A stretch of DNA of 64,000 bases, from positions 32,054,001 through 32,118,000 of the forward strand of contig OX638154.1 of the NCBI GenBank assembly GCA_951804945.1, given 5' to 3'. A program made the translations under genes and the position numbers. Origin of the DNA: Podarcis cretensis (Eukaryota). Under the pieces are notes generated by a model. That model did not search any database and was not told the DNA's origin. It worked only from the letters and a program-made list of their open reading frames with translations. Shown here in pieces: positions 52,454 to 64,000 of this stretch (within the stretch, counting starts at the first letter, position 1; every line of letters begins with the position of its first letter).

Positions 52454-54718
52454 AATGCCTCTATACTGCAGAGTAGACTGTACCTGGAAGGGGGGAAAGG
52501 AGAAAACAGATTTAAAATTAATTTTAATTGATATTACTTTGGTTGCAAAGGACACTGTTTCCACAAAATATAGCCATGCATATTGCAAACACTTGGCACT
52601 AAGAAGTGCAACCCTTAGCCCAATGTGAACGTATAGTTTTTCATGTGCAGATGCGTATCCTGCAGTACAGAAGTTGCTGTTATTTTGCCACCCCTTGAAC
52701 TTTTATCAGTTGACATAACTCTTCCACTCACCATGGTTTATTATTTAGTTTGCTTTAGCTGGAAAGCAGAACCAGCAAGCCTCTCTGACACTTAAGAATG
52801 TGCTTTTAATAGTTACTTTCCATTTTTATCCAGATTGTAACTTTGGTTCCTATTATGGCCACTGGAAACAGTTCATGCAACAGACAACACTGGAGTGCAA
52901 TAATATTATTGTAGTGTCAGAGTACACTGGCACTTCTTTCTCAACTATCACTCAGACCAACAAAGAGCCACCTCTCATGAACTGACTAATACCCAGAAGC
53001 TGCTTGAAACCTCTTCCGTGCAGAAAAGCCATGCACTTCCACAAGCTTGCCATGGTGATTGGGCCTCATCACACATTTTAGCTTCACATTACTGAAAAAT
53101 ATTCAGAAGAGGGAGCACAGAAAAAGGAAGAAGTTGAACCTCAAAGAGACAGCAGTGCACCATGTATCCCACGGAGGCAACTCCAAGCACCCCACACGAA
53201 ATAAGTGCATGCTAAGGAGCAGGCTAGGGTTAGGAGATAGACTTCATTCTGTATGTTAAGTCAGTATTGCACTTGGGGAGGCAGTTGCACATAACCTGCC
53301 ACATTTACCTTGGTTCTTCTCCCCCTTACTGCTGCCCTGGGTTTCCGCCTTCTAGCCACAAAGGCCTATACAAGTTAAACCCTTCTCAAAGGCTAGAAGG
53401 TGCACCCAGTTTAGTTGCCCACAGTGAAGGACTATATGGGAAGATGCAGTTGCTGCCATATTGAGACATGACTGAAGGCTCTTTTGTGCTGTTTTCAGTC
53501 TACATATGTTATTTGAATATTTCAGTTGAGGGGGGTTGTGGTTATTTTTGCTTTTGATGTGGTTTACTATATACCGTTAGCCACTTTAAGCCATCTCCAC
53601 TGGACTGGGAAAATGAAATAGAAATTTTAGTATAATGTAGATATAGAAGTGCATTGTAAACCGCCCTGGAATATTTATGAGGTGTGGTATATAAATGCCA
53701 TAAATAAATAAAGAGCTGCTTTGTTTTGGCTTTAAGCCTTAGAAGAAACACTAGTTAATAGTTCAGGAAAGCTATTAAAATGGGATAATATGGCAGTGAA
53801 TTTGCTGTATACAGACAATGCTGGAATAAAGGCACATTGTTTCTAATAGAGTGCTGCATATAAAAGCTATAATGCATGTGGAGCATGGCCTACACCAGGC
53901 TCCTACAGCCCGCCAGGCTCCTAAATCTGGCCCGCCTGGCCATTGCAGAATCCACCGCGAAGCTGTTGAGGAGACTCAATGCGCTTTGGAGAGCTTGCAC
54001 CATGATGCCTTTAAGCAGAGCAGGTGGGAGGGAAAGAGGCGGGTCAGGATTTCCCCCTCCTGGCCCTGCCTTCTGGCCTGTCTCTCCCCATGCATGTCCA
54101 CCTCCCTCGATCCCAGCCACCATGCTGCTCGCTTGCGCCCTGCGCTCCACCACACTCTCCGCTGTGGCATGCCACCCGATCCAGCCCCGGCCTCTGTTGT
54201 CCTTGCAGTCCAGCTCGGAGGTCCCAGCCTCCTCCTCCTCCAGCCAGGCTCGCCCTCTGTCTCCTGCGCCTGCAGTGGCCTCCACACTGATGGTGAGCTA
54301 CGCACGGAGGGCAGGGAAAGGGGAAAGAAGGTTGCTCGCAAGGACCGCAGGGCTCCTGCGCTTACTCAAGAGGAAGCCCGCCTTGGGGCCGCTGGGGATT
54401 GCATCCGAGGAAAAAGACAGCCACCATCATCCTAGCGAGTTTTTGTTCTGGGAAAAGTGCTCGGGGGCTGGGATGCGATCCAAGGCGCGCTTGCTCGTGA
54501 GGAATCCCCCTCAGCACTGGGTAGCTCACGAGTAAACGTCTGCCTGCCATCCAAGAGGAGGCCAGGCGGAGGCAGGCTTTGAAAAAAAAATGGGTATGGG
54601 TTCATCCAAATCCCACCCCACCCCTCAGAAGCAGGATTTCCATCCCACATTTTTTCTCCCAGGAGCTCAAGGTCTGTGGTTTTCGCCCTCCGCATTTATT
54701 CCCCGCAACCCCCAATGA

Positions 54719-54994
54719 GACACGTTCAAATCAAGCAGCCTCACTAATTTCCATGCATCTCTCCCCTCTGAGACATTTCTTAATCTCAGGAACCATGCTC
54801 TCAAAATTGCAACCATCTTTGGCAGCACCTATGTCTGTGAACAGACTTTTCCCCAAATGAAACATGTGAAATCTCCAACCAGATCCGGACTAACTGATGA
54901 ACACTTGCATCACTTGCTACAACTAGCAGTGAGAAATATGGAACCAGATATTGACCATCTCATTAGCCAAAAGCAGGCCCATACTTCCCATTGA
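54719..54994 (+). pseudogene. hAT transposase C-terminal (dimerisation domain) fragment
   Basis: Manual translation ...NHALKIATIFGSTYVCEQTFPQMKHVKSPTRSGLTDEHLHHLLQLAVRNMEPDIDHLISQKQAHTSH*; FGSTYxCEQ is the Charlie-type hAT motif. Confidence 0.9.
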
Positions 54995-55012
54995 AATACT
55001 TATAAGTTTATG

Positions 55013-55071
55013 ATTCAAGTAGGTAGCCCTGTTGGTCTGACGCAGTTGGAAATTATTATTTTTTAAATTCA
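55013..55071 (+). mobile_element. Short Penelope-like insertion nested in the hAT element
   Basis: attcaagtaggtagcc.tgttggtctg flanked by the 12-bp direct repeat tataagtttatg. Confidence 0.55.
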
Positions 55072-56449
55072 TATAAGTTTATGTTGATTAAAATCATTCT
55101 TGCTTTTAAATATTGTATTGTTTTTCCTGTTTTTTGTGCACTACAAATAAGATATGTGCAGTGTGCATAGGAATTCGTTCATATTTTTTTCAAACTATAG
55201 TCCGGCCCCCAACAGTGTCTGTGGGACAGTGAACCGGCCCTCTGTTTAAAAAGTTTGAGGACCTGTGGCCTACACTATGCTAGACATGGTCTGTGCAATG
55301 ATCAGCAGAACCTCATGAATGATGCATCGTATCCATGGAAAATGTAGCACAGTGACCAAATGTATTACAGTAGGTTATATACCTGGAACTTCACAAACAG
55401 CTCAACTAGTCATCTTGTGTTTCACGTGCTTACGCAAAAGGATACCTCTGTGATTCTGGTAGTTAAGTAGCGTGTACACATGCTACATTAAGAAAGCCTG
55501 TCTCAAAAAGTACTAATAAGTTGTGTCCCTTCAGTGCCAGTCACTATGTTGACATAAAACTGGTTAACTTCTAAAAATGGAAGTGGCAGAACTCAGGAAT
55601 CCTTGGAACTTGCATCTTCCGATCTGGAAGCGCCAGCCCCTAATCCCAAGTGTATCTAAGCCTGCTCACTATGCTTGGCCATGTATATTAGAGAAGGAAA
55701 CGTATCAGAGGTACTACTTCCCCTACAAGTCTAAAAGAAAAATCTGCAGTAGTGAAATAGATTTTCTTCTTCTCTTGAATAGATGTCTATCTTCCACTCA
55801 GCACCAAAAGGAAAGAGTTGACAGAAAGTGGCCTTTCAATCAGGACTGCCATAAAATTGGGAGATGTATATAAATAACATTTATCCAAAGGGGTGGGGGT
55901 GGGGAGCTGAACTAAAACCCTTTAGCAGTATAACCTCCTCCCACAAATATATTCTTTTACCTTTGTCACAAACAGAGAAAGTACTGTACTCAGAACAAAG
56001 CTGATACATTCAGAAGGATATCCTCCACTCCCACACACTTCCTAAGGAATCAACTTTTATTTCCTGGACAAGAAAATGGCTTACAGCCAGAAATTTCCTG
56101 TGTGGAAGAATAGGAAACAGTCACATGCTTGCCACTTCTCTGTCAGAAGGACTGTACATTAGGATGGTAGACATTCCAACTAGTTCAGGATAATGAAGTA
56201 TAAAATGCCGCCTTCTGACAAGGAGAGAGCAGTCCCACATCCAGCGGATCACTAAGAAGCAGGAGTAGACTTAGAGCAAGAATATTCATTTGGTCCAGGG
56301 TGGGGGAGGAAATTAAGACATTTACTGGGGGAGGTGGGTTAAAAAAAAGTTTCTTCTGCTTTGTACTTGCTGTCCTACTTGCAACCACTTCTTTTGGTTT
56401 TCATATGCATTTCTCAGATGAGAGGAGTCAGTTGTAGACAGGAGAGCTA

Positions 56450-56660
56450 AGCCTGTCATCACCTTTTCTCTTTGAAGCCAGCTACTGTGATCCTTGAGTC
56501 TACAGTTGCCTCATTCTTCTCCACCCCCACTCTTATTCTTAGCACCTTCAATATCCATATTGACTCACATTCTGAATCTTGTTCAGCACTTCCTCACACA
56601 AGTTCTTTTGCTTTCACCCACTCTTCTATACACCAATTTATTTTGTGTTGGCAAAACAAG
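56450..56660 (+). mobile_element. Ancient L2 ORF2 endonuclease remnant
   Basis: STPTLILSTFNIHID resembles the APE motif xILGDFNIHVD. Confidence 0.55.
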
Positions 56661-57459
56661 ACTACAGCCTGCCTAGTCTTTTGTTTTTAATGTCTGCTAG
56701 ACCCCAAGTTAGTTTACCAGTGGCACAGAATGAAATGCCACTCCACCAGCCACCACTGAGCCAAGTGCTCCATAAACTGTATAGAGTGCTCAGACATTTC
56801 CTAAGAACTCCAATCTGCTCAGACCAATGGTGGCTAGAGGAAAGGAGCTTTGTTCAGCATCATTACCAACGGTAAACTGGGCTGGGAGCTGGAGTGTAGC
56901 ATCACAGTGCTGGGCAGGGCAGAGTGGTTTAAACCTCTCCGCCCAGCTGAGCACCACAATGGGAAATAAAATACTCCATGCTCCTCTGTTGATCTTCACA
57001 GATCAGCTGAGCTGCAGGAAGGCAGAGGATATGTAGTGTGATCATGCCATGTTTGGTCTAAACAGCCCTGAGTGGAGGGTGTGACAATGAGGAAATGTGA
57101 CCCTTGGACCAGTCTTAGATCTTGCAATATGAAGAAATGAATTGATTGTCTTCATTCTGCTCGTTTTCCTCTCTCAAATCATTTTGTTTGCTTTAATTTC
57201 TTCCATTTAATTTTTCCTCTAGGGCTGTATCCAACACTGTGCACTAATGAAACACGTTTTCCTCTTCCTCCCCCTGTGCATCCTAAAAATATGCTCCAGA
57301 GAGTGCTCCAGCTGTCTGAAGTGGATTTGAGAGTTGGGGAGTGGGGAAAGTTCTGCTGCACAAGCAGAAGTTTGCTGCACTAGCAGAACTGCAGTATTGG
57401 ACATGTCCCAAAGTTTCTGAACCATTTGAGAACTTCGTTTTCTACACTTGGATATCTGT

Positions 57460-58150
57460 GGGAACTCATCAGTCTTTTCTCTTGCAATCTCCTTATTCTG
57501 CAGTTGTGTATTTTGTGTTCTGAATGGTCACACATTAGACTATTTTGCTCTGGTTTCCGTCATACAACTAATATTCTGCTTTAGCAGTCTCCCTTTTTAT
57601 CTTATTTTTATTCCTACATCAAAGCTGCTGAACATCTCTGCAAATCTCAGTAACTCCACTCATTATGAATTCATGCGTTCATTCTGCTCACGTGCTTTAA
57701 TTCTAAGCAATATTACTCATCTCGCCTTATTTTTATCAGTAAAAGTGCTCTCTTTAACTATGCTCTTCTTCGTTGGGTTGCAATATTCTGATATAATTCT
57801 CTGTCACTCTTGCCGAATCTTCATCCTCCTTTTGCTATTCTCTATATTCTGCTTCTGACAACATTCTTCTTTAGTTAAACCCACCACTACTTCTTTACTT
57901 TATCCAGTATATCTCTTGTTCTGTCCCCGCCTCCCTGTCCTTTTCTCCATTTCTTTCTCTCTTCTGGTGTTGTTCCCTTTGCTTTTATATACGCTATGCT
58001 ATTTCCCCTGATACTTTAAAAAGCCTTCTGAATCCTCCTCCTCCCTAGAACTGTTATTCTTTTTCTGTTCTCTCTTTCATTCCTACACTTCAACAACCAA
58101 TGCCTCAGCTTTGTTTCTCCAATTCCCCTTTTGACACTTCCCAATCTGGT
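57460..58150 (-). mobile_element. Highly decayed L1-like ORF1 remnant
   Basis: Purine-rich minus strand; NCRIRRLQE resembles L1 ORF1 NLRIxGLPE. Confidence 0.35.
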
Positions 58151-59976
58151 TTCTGCTCTGTGTAAACTGAAGTTTTAAAACTGCTTTTCTGTTTAAGGTA
58201 TCCTCAAAATAGCATACAATAAAACAAAGTTAGCAGAATTTTCAAAAACCATGATGCTTTATTAAGAAAAGACAGACGAGATAAAATTTTGAGCAGCACA
58301 GAATGAAGCAAAATCAGCCACAGAAAAAGTCAGCCGCATCAAAACTACCAAATACAGGAGGGGCAACTAAAGGACATGTTAAAGGACAGAAAACAGTGGT
58401 GAAAAATTAATAGGGGAAGGAGGAAGTTCCAGAGTCTGGTTGCTACAACTGAGAAGGCATTGTTCCACATTCCCAACTGCACTTCCCAGCCACAATAGTG
58501 GAACACAGAACAGGACCTCCCCAGGGACCTCAATAAGTGGGTGGGATCATTAGAACATGTAGTCCTTTAAATATGCTAATTATAAATCGGCTAAGCCATA
58601 GGACAAACCTTGGTTATAGTTCATGGTTAGTCTGGAGGGAGCTTAACCTTCAGATGACAAGATAAGCCACACTATGGCTTAGCACAGCACTGCACAGCAG
58701 TGAAATGACTGGAAAGGAGCAAAGTGGCCAGAATCTGCCCTGTGGGAACCACTAGGTTTATGCTTTACCATTATTTGGCTTAACATGACATGCAATGCAA
58801 GCCCATGTGCTTCTCTTCACGGTCTTCCTTTACTGACCCAATTAAGTTTCAATTTACAAGTATTTTCCTGCTCTTACCCCTTATCTGTCTTAGTTACTTT
58901 TTCCTTTCTCCCTCCATTCATGAAATGATAATATTATTATTATTAAACCTTCACTTCCTTGTGCCATTTCCTGTGCAGATGCCATCTCTTTCACTCCCCT
59001 GGCCCTTGATGCATGGAATTCTCTCCTCTCAGCAAGCATCCTCTTGTCCTCCTTTAATATAAGCTCATCTCTTCTCTGTTGCATTTCCCCCCTGGTGTCA
59101 TTCTATTTTTATACCCTTCTTACTGTTAGGCTAATTATTATACAGGTTTTACTGTAACTGTTGGCTGACAGAAAGAAAACACCAGCAGAATAGGGAGGCA
59201 GGCAAGTATCAATACTCCCCCCCCCCCCGCAGTACCACACATCCCTAAATCTGTTCTGAAGGGTTGGGGGACTCTTTAAACCCAATTTAGGGGGCATTGC
59301 AGCAAGCAGGGAGGGAATTATTTCCCTCCATGCCCAATTGGTGTACTACTTGTGTAAGCAGACAAGATCTATTGGATGCCAACAGATTTTTCTTCACTTT
59401 AAAGTTTGTACACTACACATTAATTCAACTTTAGAAATAGGCAGAAATAGAAACATAATTCATCTTTATTAGCTAAGCTGAGAAGTGACCAAGCACATGC
59501 ATGTAGTCCAGTCTCTCAGTGTGCTGTAGTTTGGTCCCCATGGCACCCACTCTTGCTGTACCACATTAAGTTAACTGAACATAGTTGCCTGTTTTGGCTG
59601 AAATAGGAAATGGTCATTAGCAGATTTCAAATAAGCCTGGAACCTAAAACTGTATTTTGAAGTTAGTCTAGAATACCACCTCATTCCAAACTAGGCAACG
59701 TTTCCCATTTTATATGAAACAGGCAACTATGATCAATTGAGCACTTCCTGGCTCACTGTGGTACACCAAGAATGGGAGCCATGGGGCTAAGTATAGGGGC
59801 AAGAAGGTCTGTGAATATTGAGCCATGGTATTATCATCCAAACACAGCCACTATTAATTTGTTCCCTAACATCCAAAATCCAAACATCAGTAATTATAGC
59901 CTAATGGAGAATTTAATAATGTACTGAAATATTGTGTGTCATCTTGCTTCATTGGCAACCTCTTCAAACATGTAAC

Positions 59977-60120
59977 ATGGATGGAATAGGGAACCTATGG
60001 TCCTATAGATATTGTTTGACTCTAACCCCATCAGTCCCAGCAGCACGGCCAATGTTCAGGGATGGCAGTAGTTGTATTCAAACAACATATGAAGGTCCAC
60101 ACTCCACAGGTTCCCCATTG
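59977..60120. mobile_element. hAT MITE remnant
   Basis: ggggaacctatgg...ccacaggttccccat. Confidence 0.6.
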
Positions 60121-62796
60121 CACACTTTGGGGGAACTTCACAGAAGGCCCAAGGACAATTAGCGCTATGTACTGAAGGGCGATCAGAGAGCCAAAAGAGC
60201 TTGAGAAACAGAACGGTTGAGACCCAAAAGATAGGAAAGAAGAAAGAAGAGGATGGAGTTTAAAAAACCCCAAACACCAGCAGACCCTGTACTAACACCT
60301 AAAATTCTTAACTCCCCAGTTCTAGGAGGAGCTTTAGAGCAGGGAGCTGGTGAAGAGGGCCAGTACATTATGGAGAAGTTGATGCCATAACTTGCACACA
60401 GAGCTGTAGGAGAGGCTACTCCATTATTATTTCATTTATATTCCTCCTTATATTCCAACCTGAGAGTTCCCAGGACAGTTGATGTGAAGGGAGGCAACAA
60501 CATATGTAACTTACTTGACCATGCCCAAAGCTTCTCCTAGTCCTACAGAATAGTTTTGGTTGTGTGTGTGGTTTTTTTTAAAGTAATAAAGATTTAATTA
60601 AATCTGCTGGCTTTTTCCAAACAAAGTTTGTAGAGCCTTGAGGGCAAGCCAAGTATTTTCTTTTCGGAGCTGGTTCCTTTGGGCTTTGAATGTAAGCCTT
60701 TCCTATAGAACTCACCTAAGGAACATTTTAACTACTACTATTTATTATTGTTCCAATTATATTGGAGCCAGGATAGTATTTCTAAGCTTTTAAATCTCCA
60801 TATATAAGATCAAACAGAGCCACTCACTTCAATCCTAAACATATTTACCAAGCAGTCTGTCTGCTTGAAATCAACAGACTTCACACAACCCAAACATTTA
60901 CATAAGTATAATATAAAAACAAAAATGTAGTAAGAGCAGAAACACAACCTTTTTTTGTGAATGCCTACCAAGATAAATGGTTTCGTACACCTTCAAGAAG
61001 GCAATGAGATTAACAATGTACCTCTTGGAAATGGGTAATACTTAAGGCCATTACAGTATGGACACTACTTCTCGTCTACCCACAAAGGGAAGAGGATCAT
61101 AAGAGCATGGGATCTACAGAATGCAGACAGTATGGAGGTTCAAAACAAGAGGGGGAGTCTCTCAAGTATTTAGGTCTCAAAAAATGAAAGGCTTTAAAGG
61201 GCAAGTGCCAGAAGCTTAAGCTGGACACAGATGCAAACAACAAGCCAATGTATTTGCCACATCTGTTGAATATGCTCCCACTTCCCTGTCAGGAAATTAG
61301 TAGTGGCATTCTGCACAATAGTCTAACAGGCAGATTCACATAATTGCATTACAGTAATAAACCTTACATGTTACAAAAAGCAGATAAATAAAGCAAGATA
61401 ACTGACCTCCAAATGTGCACAGCCTACACGCTAAACATAATTGACAAAAAGCATTCCCGGCTTCCAGCTTATCTGGGGTCTTAAGTTTATAATACAAGAA
61501 ATGCATCCACATGTTGCATTATTTTTCTCAAATGCTGAGTTTTTCTTATATATTTGCATAACTGTTCTGTTGTTCTTGTTCATTATGTCTGCTACCATTA
61601 TGCTTACAAAAGAATAGTGCTCCAGAGGATTCCTTACTTAGTGCATTGTATTGTTATGGGAGGGGAGGGAGTATGCAAAAATGCCCCTTCAGCACCACAC
61701 CATAAAGGTAGACACCTTCCCCATTCTCCCTTACAAAATTTTACTATGGTATATTGTGCTCCCAAACAAAGATCTCATTTTTGCTCTTCTGCATTTTCAC
61801 ATAACAAGAACAATGACACATACTCTCTGGTATACTTATTTTCGATCTGCTTCATGTGGAGTTTTTTGTTCATAGATGTACAACCACACTGCTTTGCCAC
61901 AGCAGAAATACCACAACTGCATGTTTTTGCAAGAGCAACAACCCCACCCCATTGCTTTGTATTTTGATATTTTGAATGTTTGTTGTAAGCTGCTTTGGGC
62001 ACAGCTCACACATATATTCAGAATGGCATGTAGACCACTGAAGGGATATAGAGTGGGAAGAAACGCTATTCAGCTAATCCGCAATAATTATCTTAAGTTA
62101 TTTTATGTATGGTCTTTCAAGAAGTGTTACTATTCTGAGTACTTTTTCCGATTGGGTTGCTGAGGGCTGAAAATGGCATATGTGCACATGATCTGAGCCT
62201 ATAATTTGCCAGGTTCTTAGGTTAATTGCTGCATTTTTACTTTTATTTTTTAGAACTTCAAAACAAAACATAAACCAATATGTAACCACATACAAATTCA
62301 TAGGTATTGTGGGCAGGATTCTACTTCTACTTTCATAAGGACTTCTACTTGCACAATGAGTTTTTCTCCTCCTGCCTATGAAATTGGCTTGGGGAGGGTC
62401 AGGAAAGCCCCCAGAACTGCATGGGGGAGAATACAATACTTGCACAGATAGAACAATCAGATGAGTGCAACACTGAATTCTTTTTTATGAATATGTCCGA
62501 GGTATTACATTACCAGGTTTTGAAAAGCAGTCCTTTTGCAAACCTGTTTTTTTAGTAAAAACAGGATCTTCATAGCAATAACTTTAAAAAACAACTAAAT
62601 TGGGGAAATCAGCGAGTAGAGTAACTGGCTGTTTGCCTTCAGGCATGAGACAAAACAGCAAAATCCTGTCCGTAAGAGTATAACTTCTAGCTTCAAAGAA
62701 GCCAGGATTTCAAGTTAGGTTTTCAAACAACTAGGATGAAAGGCAGTAAATACACAGACTGAATTACAGACTACAGCTGCCCCAAATGGAATGAGA

Positions 62797-62932
62797 CAGC
62801 CGTCCCCAGCCTTTCGCCCTCCAAATGTTTTCAGCAATAACTCCTATAATCTGTGACTGTGGCTATGCTGGCTGGACCTGATGGGCATGAGGAGCCAACC
62901 ATAACAGGAGACCCACAGGTTCTGCTCCCCTG
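62797..62932. mobile_element. hAT MITE remnant
   Basis: gccctccaaatgttt...aactcc...ccacaggttctgctcccctg. Confidence 0.5.
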
Positions 62933-63399
62933 CTTTAAGGGAATAAACTCTTTCCCCAAACAGTATTAATACGTAGCATTTATACATAGCGCTTTTTTCA
63001 AAGTGCTTCTTGCACATCAGTGTTGCCGATTTTTACAACTCCTCTGTCGCAAAGCACTACAATTACCCCTCTTTTTTGCAGAAAGCTGTGGAGTGCAGAA
63101 AGGTAAAAGCAGCAACAGGCGCAAACAAATTCATGACAACACATGGCTCCATTTATACCTCAAGTCCCTCTTGATGACATGCCATCAGTATAGTTTCCAT
63201 CCACCTGAGCTTGACCAACAGTGTCAGCATCTTTGCCTAATAAACATGTGTCTCTGGCTGTTTAAGTTTAAATCCTGCTACCTATTTCCGAGTTGGGAGA
63301 AGAAGTGAACCCAGAATTTGCCAGCTGGCCAACCTTGCCCAGCAGCAACAACAACAACAACTACAAACTGGAGTGCAATCGTTAACTCACTCAGGCAGC

Positions 63400-64000
63400 T
63401 GCTGTAGGGGCTCTTCCTCGAGAGGGTGGGAGCGGGGAAAGGGATATTGCTTCGCCTCGGCAGGGCCTTAGCTTTGCTTAAGCGCCCCATGGGGGGCTCC
63501 AGGATCCACCGGAAACAAGAGCAACTCCTCTCCCGCAGGGAGCACTTTCTACCAGGAGCGGTCCGCCGGGAAAGAGGAGCTGCTTCCCGGCCAGGGACAA
63601 CCGCGCGCACCGTTGTGGGAGGCAGCCCGGAGAAGAGCCCCCCGCTCCGGCTACACCCTCCCGGGAAAGGAGGCGGCAGCATCGGGCGTCGAGGCCTCCA
63701 ACCCGGGAATAATAAAGGAGCGAGGCAGCCCGGAGCGCAGAGGTCAGAGCGGGTGAGGGAGCGGGCCCAGCGAAGGGAGAGCGCGTCGTGGGCCGTGGTT
63801 CTTTTGCGGAGGGGGGGGGGTCGCCTGGCCGCGCTTACCTGCACCAAGGGGGCCGGCTAGCATGTCTGGGGCAAAGGCAAGCAGCTCCTCCTTCAAGCTC
63901 CCGGTTCCATAGTGCCCGCAGTGGGTGAGGGGCGGGGGGGTGCGGGAGAGAAATCGGACGCTGCGCTCAGGTCTCTCCGGACACTTCCGGCCGCGCCAGA
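63400..64000. promoter_or_regulatory. CpG island / RALGAPB promoter-proximal region with ETS motif
   Basis: Very high GC and CpG density; CCGGAAGT (ETS/GABP-type) on the minus strand at 63983-63990; GC-box GGGGCGGGG near 63929. Confidence 0.85.
63839..63990 (-). other. RALGAPB: Probable non-coding exon 1 (5'UTR) of RALGAPB
   Basis: Consensus donor CAG|GTAAGC at 63839/63838 inside a CpG island. The 5' end (TSS) is approximate and may lie beyond the window edge. Confidence 0.75.

Larger units (their letters stand above)
53896..55267 (+). mobile_element. hAT-Charlie (OC1/OposCharlie1-like) deletion derivative with GC-rich internal cargo
   Basis: Perfect 8-bp TSD GCCTACAC (53888-53895, 55268-55275); OC1-like 3' end ...ggacagtgaac.ggcccc.tgtttaaaaagtttgaggac; transposase C-terminal fragment inside. 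Confidence 0.85.

Noticed and set aside
53851-54695. Long overlapping ORFs (194, 219, 131 aa) as a nested gene
   Set aside because: They lie inside a TSD-bounded transposon, occur in several frames on both strands because of high GC, and match no family I recognise.
54290-54994. Spliced fusion of the cargo ATG to the transposase fragment
   Set aside because: Splicing 54292->54663 gives a frame different from the transposase frame.
63278-63860. 189-aa and 144-aa ORFs
   Set aside because: Typical CpG-island artefacts (Pro/Arg/Gly-rich) overlapping the exon 1/intron 1 boundary.

Overview
Vertebrate genomic DNA, most likely a lacertid-type lizard judging from the SINE, MITE, BovB and L2 families. 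The window holds an essentially complete RALGAPB gene (Ral GTPase-activating protein subunit beta) on the minus strand. It has a CpG-island promoter and non-coding exon 1 at ~63839-63990, and 29 coding exons from ATG 52453 to TAG 13513 (4491 nt, 1496 aa by my exon arithmetic, all splice phases consistent). A probable ~5.2 kb 3'UTR runs to ~8270. Two introns use GC donors. Introns and the downstream flank contain SINEs, L2/CR1/L1/BovB fragments, a solo LTR, Tigger/pogo-like and hAT MITEs, and a 149-nt assembly gap. The most unusual item is a 1.37 kb OC1/Charlie-like hAT derivative in intron 1 with a perfect 8-bp TSD, which appears to have captured a CpG-island-like first exon/intron fragment. 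Other leads: two uORFs, several frame-preserving candidate microexons/cassette exons, inverted MITEs around symmetric exon 6, and a sense L1 tail with a polyA signal in the last intron. I found no new protein-coding system that I can firmly support.
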